DNA of 64,000 nucleotides, taken from Octopus bimaculoides (Eukaryota). The translations under genes were made by a program, and so were the position numbers. Below, piece after piece: positions 48,769 to 61,400 of this stretch (position 1 is its first letter; every line of letters begins with the position of its first letter). Where the stretch lies: the NCBI RefSeq assembly GCF_001194135.2, contig NC_069009.1, forward strand, positions 762,627-826,626, read 5' to 3'. A model generated the notes under the pieces. The model was not told the origin of the DNA. It worked only from the letters and a program-made list of their open reading frames with translations, and searched no databases.

Positions 48769-49480
48769 GTCTACACAGCCAGTTCCAAATATTTTCTCTA
48801 TTGTAGTTGCATCAATATTTATGTACTTAACGCTCTTAACGGTTATTTTTCCAGTAAATGTATACTTAACACTTATTCGCCTATTCTGTTTCCTCATATA
48901 AGTTTTTTTGTATAAGATTACAGATGTATCCGATAAGAATAGCGAATACATTGCCCGATTGTAGTTACTAGGCGTTTTGTTTTTCAACGTAGGTGGCAAT
49001 ATATCCTGTTGATGTATGTTATTAGATGATGTATGTCATTGTCCGGAAAACACGCATGCTATCCACTTCACAACCATTAATATTTATGTAACCATTTTCA
49101 TTTCTTATATGACCAAAACCTCTGAATACTCCTGAAAAATGAAATAGGTATCAATATGAGACTTGATTCCACAAACCAGCGATCCACGGAAATTAAATGA
49201 ACGATCTGCTTCCATTTTCTACACTGTTGGCTGAATACACTATCTTAAATATGAAGTTTGTTTGACGTGGTAGCGCTCATCCATCACCAGCCAACAGTAC
49301 GAGACCAATGTTTGGTTTATTTAACTTTTACAACATAACATCTTTCAAAAATCATTGGTAGCTCTGTGCCTACCGACATCAAAGTGTTACCCAAAGATAT
49401 CTCCACTTATAATATCTCAACAAAGAAGCCATTTCTGTAATTTCGTGCTGAACAATCTGTCTCTGTATGAATCTTGTTGA
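48769..49480 (-). promoter_or_regulatory. Gene B distal upstream module
   Basis: Homologous to 13475-14100; ends gac|gtaagt (donor G at 48768). Confidence 0.5.
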
Positions 49481-50444
49481 TAAGATAGATATCTAATTCT
49501 TAATCTTTTCCGTAACATATTAACAATTTTTTCGCAGGTAGGAATACCGTATTTCCTAATGCAACTATAATATACCACCCAATATATTAATGTCTTTATA
49601 ACTCAAGAAGTGCTAAATGTGTCTTATACATCTCTGATTGAAGCGTTCAAGAACACTTACATGATGCCTGTAATGGGTCGATGCCTCATATGCCTAATGG
49701 AGCGACGCAGCACACGCACCCAGTTACACATAATCATTTGTTCGCGTTGGGATGCCAGTTTGTGGCCAGACACGGGATTCAAGAGCACTGAAGAGGCTGG
49801 CTGATTCTCACTCACACCTTTTTTTTTAACCATGCTGCATCTCCATTATAATTGACTGACTTATCCCTTCAGAACTTTCAGGCTTTTCCTGCATTAGGAC
49901 GTTTAACTCCTGAAATGTCGTCTACACTATTTATTTAGGAATAAAGTATCCTTTGCTCTGTGTCAAATAATCTGTTCTATTAATACTGATCTAGATTTTG
50001 GGATCGATCCCTGAAAAATTCGTCCGAATCCATCAAGAGTTTCTTGACATATCTTGTACACGGACAAACAAAGAAACACGACAGAAAACAGTAACTCAGC
50101 CCTCGCTAGTGCGAAAGTCATAAATTTTTTTATCCTGAAGAGAGTTAATTCCCAAATACCTATTAGGAAACTGAATTATATGACCTCTATCTAGCCTAAT
50201 AAAAGCGGGGTTGCTACATGCTTTAACGTATATCCCAATTCTCCTTAAAGGTTAAGGGCCAACTAGAGAAATTCTTTGCCATTGTCAAATCTAATTTCCC
50301 ACTTCACCATAAAAACCGTTCAATCTTTAACAAATTTCCTGTTAAATTACCCTCTTCCACGACACCTAGCAACGTATCTCTTAGACGTTCATCTTATAAG
50401 TGCAAATTTAAATGGCATGACCAACTACCCTTAGCTAAGGAGAA

Positions 50445-50477
<33 letters not shown>

Positions 50478-50990
50478 CACTGCCACTGCTGCTGGTAATA
50501 ATCTATATAATTATAATTATAATCTATGTAGTTATCTGCTTGTTCGTTCTACAGTTACACATTAGTTGGAGACAGAGAGAGGCTGATGTGGAGTGTGTGT
50601 ATGTGGGGTGAGAGTGAAAGAGAGAGTGGAGAGAAGAAAGAAGAGCGGAAGAAGTAGAGAACTGTGACCAATATTAAATACACTTGGGCCAAATGGTCAC
50701 GTGGTTAGCTGAAGGTAGAGCACTGAACGAGAGAGATGAACAGGAGAGAGAATTATATTGAGTGACAGAGTGGAAGGAGATAGTGGTGATGGTAGTGGTG
50801 GTGTGTTGATAGCGACAATTAATTTATTTTATAGTGAGCATCGCTTAAGTCATGTGCATAATTACAATTATTTATCGGCTGTTCGCTTAAAAGATTCATA
50901 TTTGTTTGTAAGTGTTAATTTAGACTAAACTCTGGATTCAGAGGAAAGAGGGTTGCAACCTGCCTGAAAAAGGATGCGCAAGTCTAGGAA

Positions 50991-51054
50991 ACAGATCAGA
51001 GAGGAACAGATCAGAGAGGAACAGATCAGAGAAGAACAGATCAGAGAGGAACAG
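50991..51054. repeat. 15-bp minisatellite ACAGATCAGAGAGGA, about 4.3 copies
   Basis: Directly visible tandem units. Confidence 0.9.
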
Positions 51055-51267
51055 CGAGGAAATATGATAAAAACAGGAAAACGACAACTCCCACGGAGAT
51101 ACTAGGAAATGTATGTAGACACACGTCAAGAATATTTAAAGAATACTAGATTATGAATGCCATGAAAACGCAAATCATCCTTTCTTTCTTAAATTGGTGC
51201 TTTTAATGCTCTCAGTTCTGCGGAATTTCCTCGGGGCCTACTAGTAATAATGATAGTAATCCTTTCT

Positions 51268-51435
51268 ACATTAGGTTCAAGGCCTAAACATTTGTCTTTT
51301 ACATCCACCCCCAGTTTTTCACTGGTACTTATTTATCAACCCCGAAAGGATGACAGGTAAAGTCGACCTCGGCGGAATTTGAACTCAGAAGGATGCGACG
51401 GGCGAAATACTATTAAGCATCTCGTGCAGCGCGCT
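51268..51435 (-). mobile_element. SINE family 2 copy (partial)
   Basis: gtcgacctcggcggaatttgaactcagaa core. Confidence 0.78.
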
Positions 51436-51926
51436 TATAAATAGCGGAACTTTCNNNNNNNNNNNNNNNNNNNNNNNNNNNNNNNNNNNNNNNNNNNNNN
51501 NNNNNNNNNNNNNNNNNNNNNNNNNNNNNNNNNNNNNNNNNNNNNNNNNNNNNNNNNNNNNNNNNNNNNNNNNNNNNNNNNNNNNNNNNNNNNNNNNNNN
51601 NNNNNNNNNNNNNNNNNNNNNNNNNNNNNNNNNNNNNNNNNNNNNNNNNNNNNNNNNNNNNNNNNNNNNNNNNNNNNNNNNNNNNNNNNNNNNNNNNNNN
51701 NNNNNNNNNNNNNNNNNNNNNNNNNNNNNNNNNNNNNNNNNNNNNNNNNNNNNNNNNNNNNNNNNNNNNNNNNNNNNNNNNNNNNNNNNNNNNNNNNNNN
51801 NNNNNNNNNNNNNNNNNNNNNNNNNNNNNNNNNNNNNNNNNNNNNNNNNNNNNNNNNNNNNNNNNNNNNNNNNNNNNNNNNNNNNNNNNNNNNNNNNNNN
51901 NNNNNNNNNNNNNNNNNNNNNNNNNN

Positions 51927-51970
<44 letters not shown>

Positions 51971-52570
51971 TGTATACTTGTCTCTCTATCTTTCTGTCTG
52001 TCTGTCAGTCTCTATCTATCTATCTCTATGTTCACACACACGCACACACACACACACACATGCTTGTGTCTTTCTATTTTGGATACCTACTCATCTATTT
52101 TTTTCCAAGTGGATTTTCTTGTCAAAAAGTTTATTCCCGGAACAATCGCGCATATATTACTATTTGAAACGGAACTTCTCAAGTGGTAGCTACATATTTA
52201 AGTAATATCTGTGACGCATATTTTCAACGATGCAGATGTCTTTTTTTGACAAATGCAAGTTGAAGGTTGCAAGGAAAATTCGGGCAAACAGGGGTAGGCA
52301 GTGTGAGGAGCGCAGGTTGGAGGGTGGAGAAAAAACAAATTAATATATTTCTCTTTCTTTTACTTGTTTTTTCTGTTTGACTGTCTCTCTCCCTCTATCT
52401 ATCTCGCTATCTCAAGCAATCAATCAATCTGTCTATCTATCTATCCATCTATCTTTCTATATACGTATTTATGTATCAGTCTATCTATACATCTCTCTAT
52501 CTATCTATATGCTTACATACTATGTATGTATGTATGTATGTATGTATGTATGTATGTATCTATCTATCTA

Positions 52571-52649
<79 letters not shown>

Positions 52650-52899
52650 CTGTCTATCTATCTTCTAAGTATTTATATATTTATCTGTATCTTTTGTTCT
52701 TTGAATCCCTGTCCCACTTCGTCTCTCTCTCTCTGTCGCTTTCTCTCTCTATCTCTCTCACTTTCTCTCTCACTCTCTCTCACTTTCACTCTCTCTCTTT
52801 GTTTACCTATCTAATTATCTAACAATTTATCTGCCCCTGTCTTTCTTTGTCTCTGCCTGCTTGTCTGTCTGTCAGTCTATACATGGCTCTTTACGTCTT

Positions 52900-53100
52900 G
52901 AGAGGGGACAAACAAGAACAGACAAACGGATTAAGTCGATTACATCGACCCCAGTGCGTAACTGGTGCTTTATTTATCGACCCCGAAAGGATGAAAGGCT
53001 AAGTCGACCCCGGCGGAATTTGAACTCAGAACGTAGCAGCAGACAAAATACCGCTAAGCATTTCGCCCAGCGTGCTAACGTTTCTGCCAGCTCGCCGCCT
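52900..53100 (-). mobile_element. SINE family 2 copy
   Basis: Head ggcggcgagctggcagaaacgttagc at about 53099. Confidence 0.88.
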
Positions 53101-53740
53101 TATGTTGGCAGACATTCATACCTCCCTTTGGAATGTAGATTTTGCGGCACCTATCATGTTCAAGGTGCAATCGGTGGGGATTTTATTGTATGCCTGTTGA
53201 GGAACTAGTTTTTACTTAAACAGTAGCAGCAGTGTTGATGCGTTGGCCTCAATTCAGTCTGTCCGAGACACTGTGGCTGCATCAAACATTCGCGAGGTTG
53301 ACTCAAAAATGGCTGCCCTAATACAGGTCGGCATCTTTTGGGGCAAGAATTATCCATTTCCAGGAGCTGATATTCAAATTATTTCTGAAAGGCTGCTTTC
53401 AGTCCCTTGTTGCCGACATTTCTTAAGAGGATATTTGGTCTCCTTGATTCATATGAATAGTTTTTGGTGTTATTTTTGTGGTCAATAAGTACCAGGCTTA
53501 AAGTAATTTATCCTCCCGTCGATTCGTTCGACGAAATTCCCTCCATGCGTGCTCCAGCATGGCAGTAGTCTAATGACTGAATCCATTACACGATAAAAGA
53601 TAATGAGGAAAATGTACAAAATATCTTGACTATTCCAATGACATAAATATTTTAAGACTGATTTTTTATTATATCTAATTTCATTATTTTTATTATTATA
53701 GATTAAGCTGAATTTCCGAAAAGTTGTAGTAACAAACGAC

Positions 53741-54071
53741 TTTATTCAGAAAAATTAAAATATTACATTGAAAGAAAAGGCAATAGTGACATTTACAACT
53801 CGAAAATATGGAAAGATTTTAAATTGCAGAAAGATTTTTCAGATTTTGCTTTTCAGCCAATAGTCATGCACGTAGCCTGGCTTAAATTTACATTATAGCG
53901 TCTCTTAGTTGCGTAGTGTTGTATCAATAGGAAAAAATAAAGCTACGTTATATGAAAATATGTTTGGTGCAATATAAGAAGAAAATTTAGTCTTTTGAAG
54001 CAAAATATAATAAAAGGCGACTCTTGAATATACATGCACACACAAATACACCCACGCATCCACACACATGC

Positions 54072-54128
<57 letters not shown>

Positions 54129-54543
54129 NNNNNNNNNNNNNNNNNNNNNNNNNNNNNNNNNNNNNNNNNNNNNNNNNNNNNNNNNNNNNNNNNNNNNNNN
54201 NNNNNNNNNNNNNNNNNNNNNNNNNNNNNNNNNNNNNNNNNNNNNNNNNNNNNNNNNNNNNNNNNNNNNNNNNNNNNNNNNNNNNNNNNNNNNNNNNNNN
54301 NNNNNNNNNNNNNNNNNNNNNNNNNNNNNNNNNNNNNNNNNNNNNNNNNNNNNNNNNNNNNNNNNNNNNNNNNNNNNNNNNNNNNNNNNNNNNNNNNNNN
54401 NNNNNNNNNNNNNNNNNNNNNNNNNNNNNNNNNNNNNNNNNNNNNNNNNNNNNNNNNNNNNNNNNNNNNNNNNNNNNNNNNNNNNNNNNNNNNNNNNNNN
54501 NNNNNNNNNNNNNNNNNNNNNNNNNNNNNNNNNNNNNNNNNNN

Positions 54544-54579
<36 letters not shown>

Positions 54580-54750
54580 TACAGATTATCTGCGAAAGCA
54601 AAAAAGAGTAAATATGAAATTTTCAGCGAGAATATATATTTACTGGGTTTAATGTAATATAAGAACATTTAGTTTTTTGACGTAAAATATAACCAGAGAC
54701 CTCTCTTGAAGACATTTTCTTGCTTTTCATTTATAAGTTTGTTTCTGCTA
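53741..54750 (-). other. Gene C 3' UTR with AATAAA at 53741-53746
   Basis: Colinear with gene B 14720-15193; interrupted by a (CA)n gap. Confidence 0.55.
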
Positions 54751-54782
54751 CTATACATTTATTTCATGCTCGGAATTTGAAT
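54751..54782 (-). CDS. Gene C terminal coding exon (NSNSEHEINV*)
   Basis: Same acceptor as gene B; one nucleotide shorter than gene B before the TGT codon, giving an early TAG. Confidence 0.62.
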
Positions 54783-57700
54783 CTGGAAACATAATGAGAA
54801 AATTATATTAAATAATAAGTTTTAAACTCAATAATTCCTGACACAGTGTCTTTATACATTCTAATGAAAATGTGATACAAAGCGATAATGTCACTCTTTT
54901 TTTTTAGAAGAGAAATGAATTTTTGTGGTGGTGAGGCGTTGAGGAAAACATTTGTTTATCATCACAATTTCCAAAGCTTCCGCCTGTAATAAACTGTTTT
55001 GTCACTTAGGACTGTTTTTGCCAATGTTGTCACATAACTGTTAAATCTTTACTAATTTGATCGATCTGTGACTAAACACTAAACCTGGATTTAAACTTTG
55101 CTATTAATCATATAGATACATGAAATTTTCAGTGGTATATATATTTTTTTCTACTTTGATTAGATTTGATCATCTTAATATTTAAGTATAAAATTCTTTA
55201 TACTTTGGCAACTTAATGATTCACGGGCTTAGCGTCGCATTCGAACCTATTAACCTTTTATATATAAGTTGTAAGTTAGTGATCTTGGCAAATTATAGAT
55301 CACGAACATCATGTGAAGTTTTAGTCTGTCCCCACTAGCATTCTGCATTTATGGATTCACCTTTTAATTATTTACTTATCAGCAATCCAACTGTGTTTTT
55401 TCAATGGCTAACCAAACTTCAGTTCTTATTTTGTTGTTACAAATATTTTTATTGTCATTCGCACAAATGTTTTACTTCACAACTTTTTTTTCACTTGACA
55501 AAGCCTTTTTCTATATCCCTGCGGACTTTTTTAAAAATACTATGACATTTTAAAAAATATAACACTTCCGCGCACACACGGAATACATACTTGCACTGAT
55601 GATGATAATGATGAGGATGATGATAATGAAAGAGTAGCTGATATTTATGATGATGTATATCATAAGAGTGACGGNNNNNNNNNNNNNNNNNNNNNNNNNN
55701 NNNNNNNNNNNNNNNNNNNNNNNNNNNNNNNNNNNNNNNNNNNNNNNNNNNNNNNNNNNNNNNNNNNNNNNNNNNNNNNNNNNNNNNNNNNNNNNNNNNN
55801 NNNNNNNNNNNNNNNNNNNNNNNNNNNNNNNNNNNNNNNNNNNNNNNNNNNNNNNNNNNNNNNNNNNNNNNNNNNNNNNNNNNNNNNNNNNNNNNNNNNN
55901 NNNNNNNNNNNNNNNNNNNNNNNNNNNNNNNNNNNNNNNNNNNNNNNNNNNNNNNNNNNNNNNNNNNNNNNNNNNNNNNNNNNNNNNNNNNNNNNNNNNN
56001 NNNNNNNNNNNNNNNNNNNNNNNNNNNNNNNNNNNNNNNNNNNNNNNNNNNNNNNNNNNNNNNNNNNNNNNNNNNNNNNNNNNNNNNNNNNNNNNNNNNN
56101 NNNNNNNNNNNNNNNNNNNNNNNNNNNNNNNNNNNNNNNNNNNNNNNNNNNNNNNNNNNNNNNNNNNNNNNNNNNNNNNNNNNNNNNNNGGATGATGATA
56201 ATGAAAGAGTAGCTGATATTTATGATGATGTATATCATAAGAGTGACGGTGTACATAGTGATGTTGTTGGTGTGAGTGTTGTTCGTGATTGTCCCCATTA
56301 TGACAATATTGGTTTTCTTGGTGGCAGAAATAAGAGAGACCAAATTACACTTACTTTTCATATTCTTCGGAACTTTCCCCAGCTTCCGTGCTTTTCGTTT
56401 ACATACACATGGATAGATCACATCTCTGGTATCTTTTTTGTATATACAGTAACATATGAAGATGAACATTCCTTGAAGGGTATTGAAGATGGCAAAGAGA
56501 TATTTAAACACTTCTGCTGCTTCGTGGAAAGCGAAGAATGCTAAGATCCAGCAGAATCCTAGCAGAAAGCACAAACCAACGATACCAAAAACACGTACTT
56601 TGTTTGTTTTGTGTTCAACTTGTTCGTCATTTTGCATTGCTTTAAGTCGCCGCATAACAAAAGAAAACATGATAAGGTTGAAGAGGAGAATGATCACCGC
56701 GGGAGCCAGGAAAGCTGCATAGAAAGCTGTGTTGGATAACCAACAGCTGCAAAGAAATAGAAAAATCAATCATTAAACTCTGTGCTAAGTAGAATTAACG
56801 GGTCGAATATTTTCAATTACGCCCCCCGCCTCATCAGAATTACTACTCTCTAGCTTACAAAACTGAGAATCCTCCCGTTCTGATGCCAGTTGGATTAGAA
56901 AAGTGCGAGAACATCGGCGAACAAGCTAGGTATATCTACATGAACTTCATTGGGTAGTCTAGCCAAAATAGGTGATTTACGCCTCGTGTAGTCGCTCGAG
57001 GCTTTGACTGTTGTTATCGGCTTTTCGCAACACTGCCGCCTCTGTGTCTACGATTGCACCAAACACTCATCCTAACCGCGATCCTATGACTGCGAGTCCG
57101 TTGCCCTAACCACTGGGCCATTGAACCTCCACACATACATACATAAGAAATTGATATAATATTTAGAGTTGATCAAGAAATGTTTTTCAGCCTTTGAGAC
57201 GGTCATGTAGCTGTATAATCGTCCCCTCGTTAATACTTGCGATGATAAAAGAAAAGACATTCGATTTCTTTAACGAATTTCAGTCACAGTTTTTGGTAGA
57301 AACATCTCCAACGTTATGGTATATTTCAAGAATTTCTAACATTAGCATAAAAAGAAAAAAACTTAATAGCTTAATAGTACAATGGGTTTTATATTATTTA
57401 ATTATTAAATTGAAAAATATACGTTGATTAGTTTATTTATGTACGTTACTTTGCATCTATATTTTTAAAGTTATATATCAATAGATATTTATTCTTATTG
57501 AATTGAACGGGGGGACGGATGAGATCGTAAATACCTAGAAAACAAAAGAAAACATTATCAGTGTGTAACTACCAAGAATCAATGACATGGCTTTATCCTG
57601 ACTGTGGATTCTTCATTATTCTACAATATTCAACGCTGGAATAAGACTAGCAAATTAGGGCAAGAAAACATAAATACTTACACTTGTTCAGTTACGCTGT

Positions 57701-58419
57701 AATTGTTTGTGTGGTTAGTTGCCAGAGTAATTGTGACAATGACAGCTGGAAGACCTGACAACAACATTTACAGAAATGAATAAATATTTGTTGATATTAA
57801 TGAACATTTTTAAGAAATACATGAAATTTGAATAAATGTAGTTGATTATGCTTTGTCCAAAAGAAATTAGTAATATATTTCGTATCTCCCACAGGTCACT
57901 CCTAGACACTTGCTTCTTTGGTTTCTAGAATAGGTACGACTAACAGAGAACTTCGATTCTATCAACTCTGTTTCAGTGGCAAACAAAGAGTAAGAAACAC
58001 TGGACATTCTGGCCAGTGGTGTAATGACTAAACTATATGGAAGACAAAAAAATTCACTCTCACTAACTTCTTCACAAATTTCTTGGTGCAATAGGTGAAA
58101 GTGCAAAATGAGTAAGTCTTAGAGATGAAGTCGAAGCGAAACTATGTGAATGAAATTGTAATCTGAGGCTGCTCGAATGGCTTAACTAGTAAATTTATTT
58201 CTTTGTAATTTTCGTTTCCTACGTATGTTTAAATATGTTTTTTCATGCACTTCTGCGTCCCCATATTTACATCACGCTTGAACTATTTTCCTATCTCACC
58301 AATTTTACTAATTTACAACAGGTCTGTACCATCAACAAATTCACAAATATAAGACTTTAAAACAGAGAATATATGTGTGAGATAGATAGATGGATAGATA
58401 GATAGATAGACAGATAGAC

Positions 58420-58466
<47 letters not shown>

Positions 58467-61400
58467 AGACAGAGAAAGAGAGAGAATGCGTGTGTGTGCG
58501 TGTGAGAGAGAGAGATGAAATTAGCGATAAAATGAGAGAAAACCATTATACATACCCCAGACCAAAATTGAACTCCTCTTGATAAAAGATGATCGAATGG
58601 TTTTGAATACAAACAGGCCTAGATATATATGAAGTGCTTCTACACTCATCCACATGAAAGATGTTAGAAGGAAGTAGTGTAACACCGCAGCCGCTGCCTA
58701 CAAAAACAATACCAACAATAATGATATCTGACATTGACGCATGGCCTCGAATATATATTATTTTGAATATATATTATTTTGAATATATATTATTTTGCAG
58801 AGTTGGCGTATAGATGTCATTTGATTGACATTTTGTATTATTGAACGCAAACGGATAAACACTAAAACAAATCCCACTGAAATTTTAATAGAAATCTCAA
58901 AAAACGTCCTTCAATATACAAGGGAATTTCGGTTGATGTTTTTGTCGATACACTACATTATTACGTCATAGTAATGGCTTCAAGTTTCTGCTCAGGGCCA
59001 GCAATTTTGGGGGCTGTGGATACGTCGATTACATCGACTCCAGTGCTCAGATAGTATTTACTTAATTGACCACGAAAGTATTAAAGGCAAAATCGACCTC
59101 TGTGGAATATGAATTCAGAACGAAAAGACGGACGAAATGTTGCAAAGAATTTTATCCGTCTCGTTATCTTTTCTGCCATCTCGACGCCTTCATCATTACA
59201 TCGTGATAATATCAATAATAATTATTTCTTCTGCAGGCACAAGGCCTGAAATTCGTGGGGGGAATGTCTTAGTCGACTACATTGACCAAAGTGCTCAGCT
59301 GGTATTTATTTTATCGATATCCAAACGTGAAAGGTGGAATTCGAGCTCAGAATGTAATGACGGACGAAATGCCGCTAAGCATTTAAATATCTTCTTAGTA
59401 TATAACGGTGGCAAGTTTTACATCATCTGAAAAGTCATTAGTTGAACTATTAGTCCTCTTGCATTCTGGGGGGGGGGGTATCAAAGCGTTTGTGTGACAT
59501 TAGACCCCAAGAAACGCCCATAAATTGAATGCATCTATCTGGGCCACGATCATGGCCCATCGTGCTTTGTGTTAAATATGTGTTCACTTACCTTACAAAC
59601 AGCTGTTATTTTTGTACTATATGCTTGGAACCCAACAAGAAAGGTAAGATAAGTGGCAGCTAAAGAAATGCTCAAATTTACTAAAATCTTTGAAGACATT
59701 AATTTCCATAGACTTCTGAAATAATGAAAACAAGAAATAATACTGCATTAAATTAACACAAATATAAAATACACTGTTCAAAGCACAAAGAATTACTACA
59801 ACTATGTTTATAGGTGATGGTCATTCGAAATATAAATGATATAACTATGTATTTACAATATGTATATAGACATTGTGTAATGTAGCTGTGTGTTTATTGA
59901 GCAAAAACACCTAAAGCTCCACGAGGCTCCGGCAGCGGGAGGGTGATCCCTGTTGTAATCTTTCGCCCAACTTTCTCTCACTCTTTCTTCCTGTTTCTTG
60001 AGTAACGCTGCGATGGACTGGCGTCCCGTCCAGCTGGGGGGAAACACATACATATTTAAATGATGAACTGGAAAGTTTCACAGATTTTTACAGTTCCAGT
60101 GATGGATTGGATCTGTAGTCTTCGATTTAGCTTTCTCCTTTCTGGTTTTGAGAAGTCTAATTTCATGTATGTATGTAAGTTGTATATATTCATGTATAAA
60201 CACTGTCTGTCAGAAAAACATAGATTCCTGATTAAGATTAGGGAATACGGAGCAACGTTAAACAAATAGTGACATTCTAGAAATCTGTAGTCAGTTCTAC
60301 ATCATTGGATTACTGCTTATGTCTGTGGGTGGGTGTAGCACCTAAACATATACCACGCATATATATATATATATACACACACCGCGCACACGTATTCTCG
60401 ATCACACCCAAAAGAAGCTAGTCTGGTTGGATAGGAAATATAAACTCACCAACAAACTACAACTCCGCCACAGACATATTGTATAAACATGGTAGAGACC
60501 GATATAGTAGTAACAGTAAAGGCTATACTTCTCTGAATTAACTCAACGAAAACACACACAACACACCTCACTCCTCTTTTTCTAATGTCATTCTTACTGT
60601 GAGTCGCTTACAAAAACCTGCACTAAAATAATTGTCCAGTCAACAATCCTTCATCAAAGTGACAACACTCTGGAACTCTCTTTAAATCCATGATTTACCT
60701 GCAGACATCAACCACATCATGCTTCTTACCAATCTATGAGTGATCCACAAACTGATGGATATTGTTTCTTTGTTTTTGAACCGTTTATAAAACAAAATAG
60801 AAATTGAAATGCTTACTTGAAATAAACATGGACTATTACTGTGAGAACGAGACAGACAAATGATATTCCACAGCCAATGTTAGAAATAATAGACAAGAGT
60901 TCTTTATTCTTTACATCTCCTTCATTCTGGTAGACATCCTGCAATAGAAACAAACGACAACATATTAGCTCCTCTTTTTCTTATCTTATTCCTTTCTTAT
61001 ATACTAGTCAATACTTATATAAATTATGAGGGTTCATATAGGCGGGAGCCATCTTCTGTTACATGTTACATGATACTTAATTCCAGCATGAAGTTTCACT
61101 GTCTGCGTTCAGTTAGAATATACCACCATCGTATAAATCTTGAGTTCAAATTCATTGAAGGTATATCTTAGTATATATTATCAGTACAACTAATTGAAGC
61201 TGTTTGACCTAAACCGTTAACTGAGGGCCGACGTATGATATAAAATATGTGATAATTAAATACCTAGATAGTGTAATAAGGAGAAGTGAAGTTATTCAGT
61301 AATTTTCTAACAACACTGCCATTATGATGTCAGATGATAATAGAACTGGTATTGAGTGAACGAACTTATTGCATTACTTCAGCTATTCCTTTAAACTAAA

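Noticed and set aside
48502-48999. 165-aa minus-strand ORF in the distal module of gene B
   Set aside because: The three homologous modules have stops and frameshifts in this frame, so no coding conservation.
55615-56249. Apparent duplication of gene C tail sequence on both sides of the gap
   Set aside because: Exact repeat flanking an N-run, typical of unmerged overlapping contigs.
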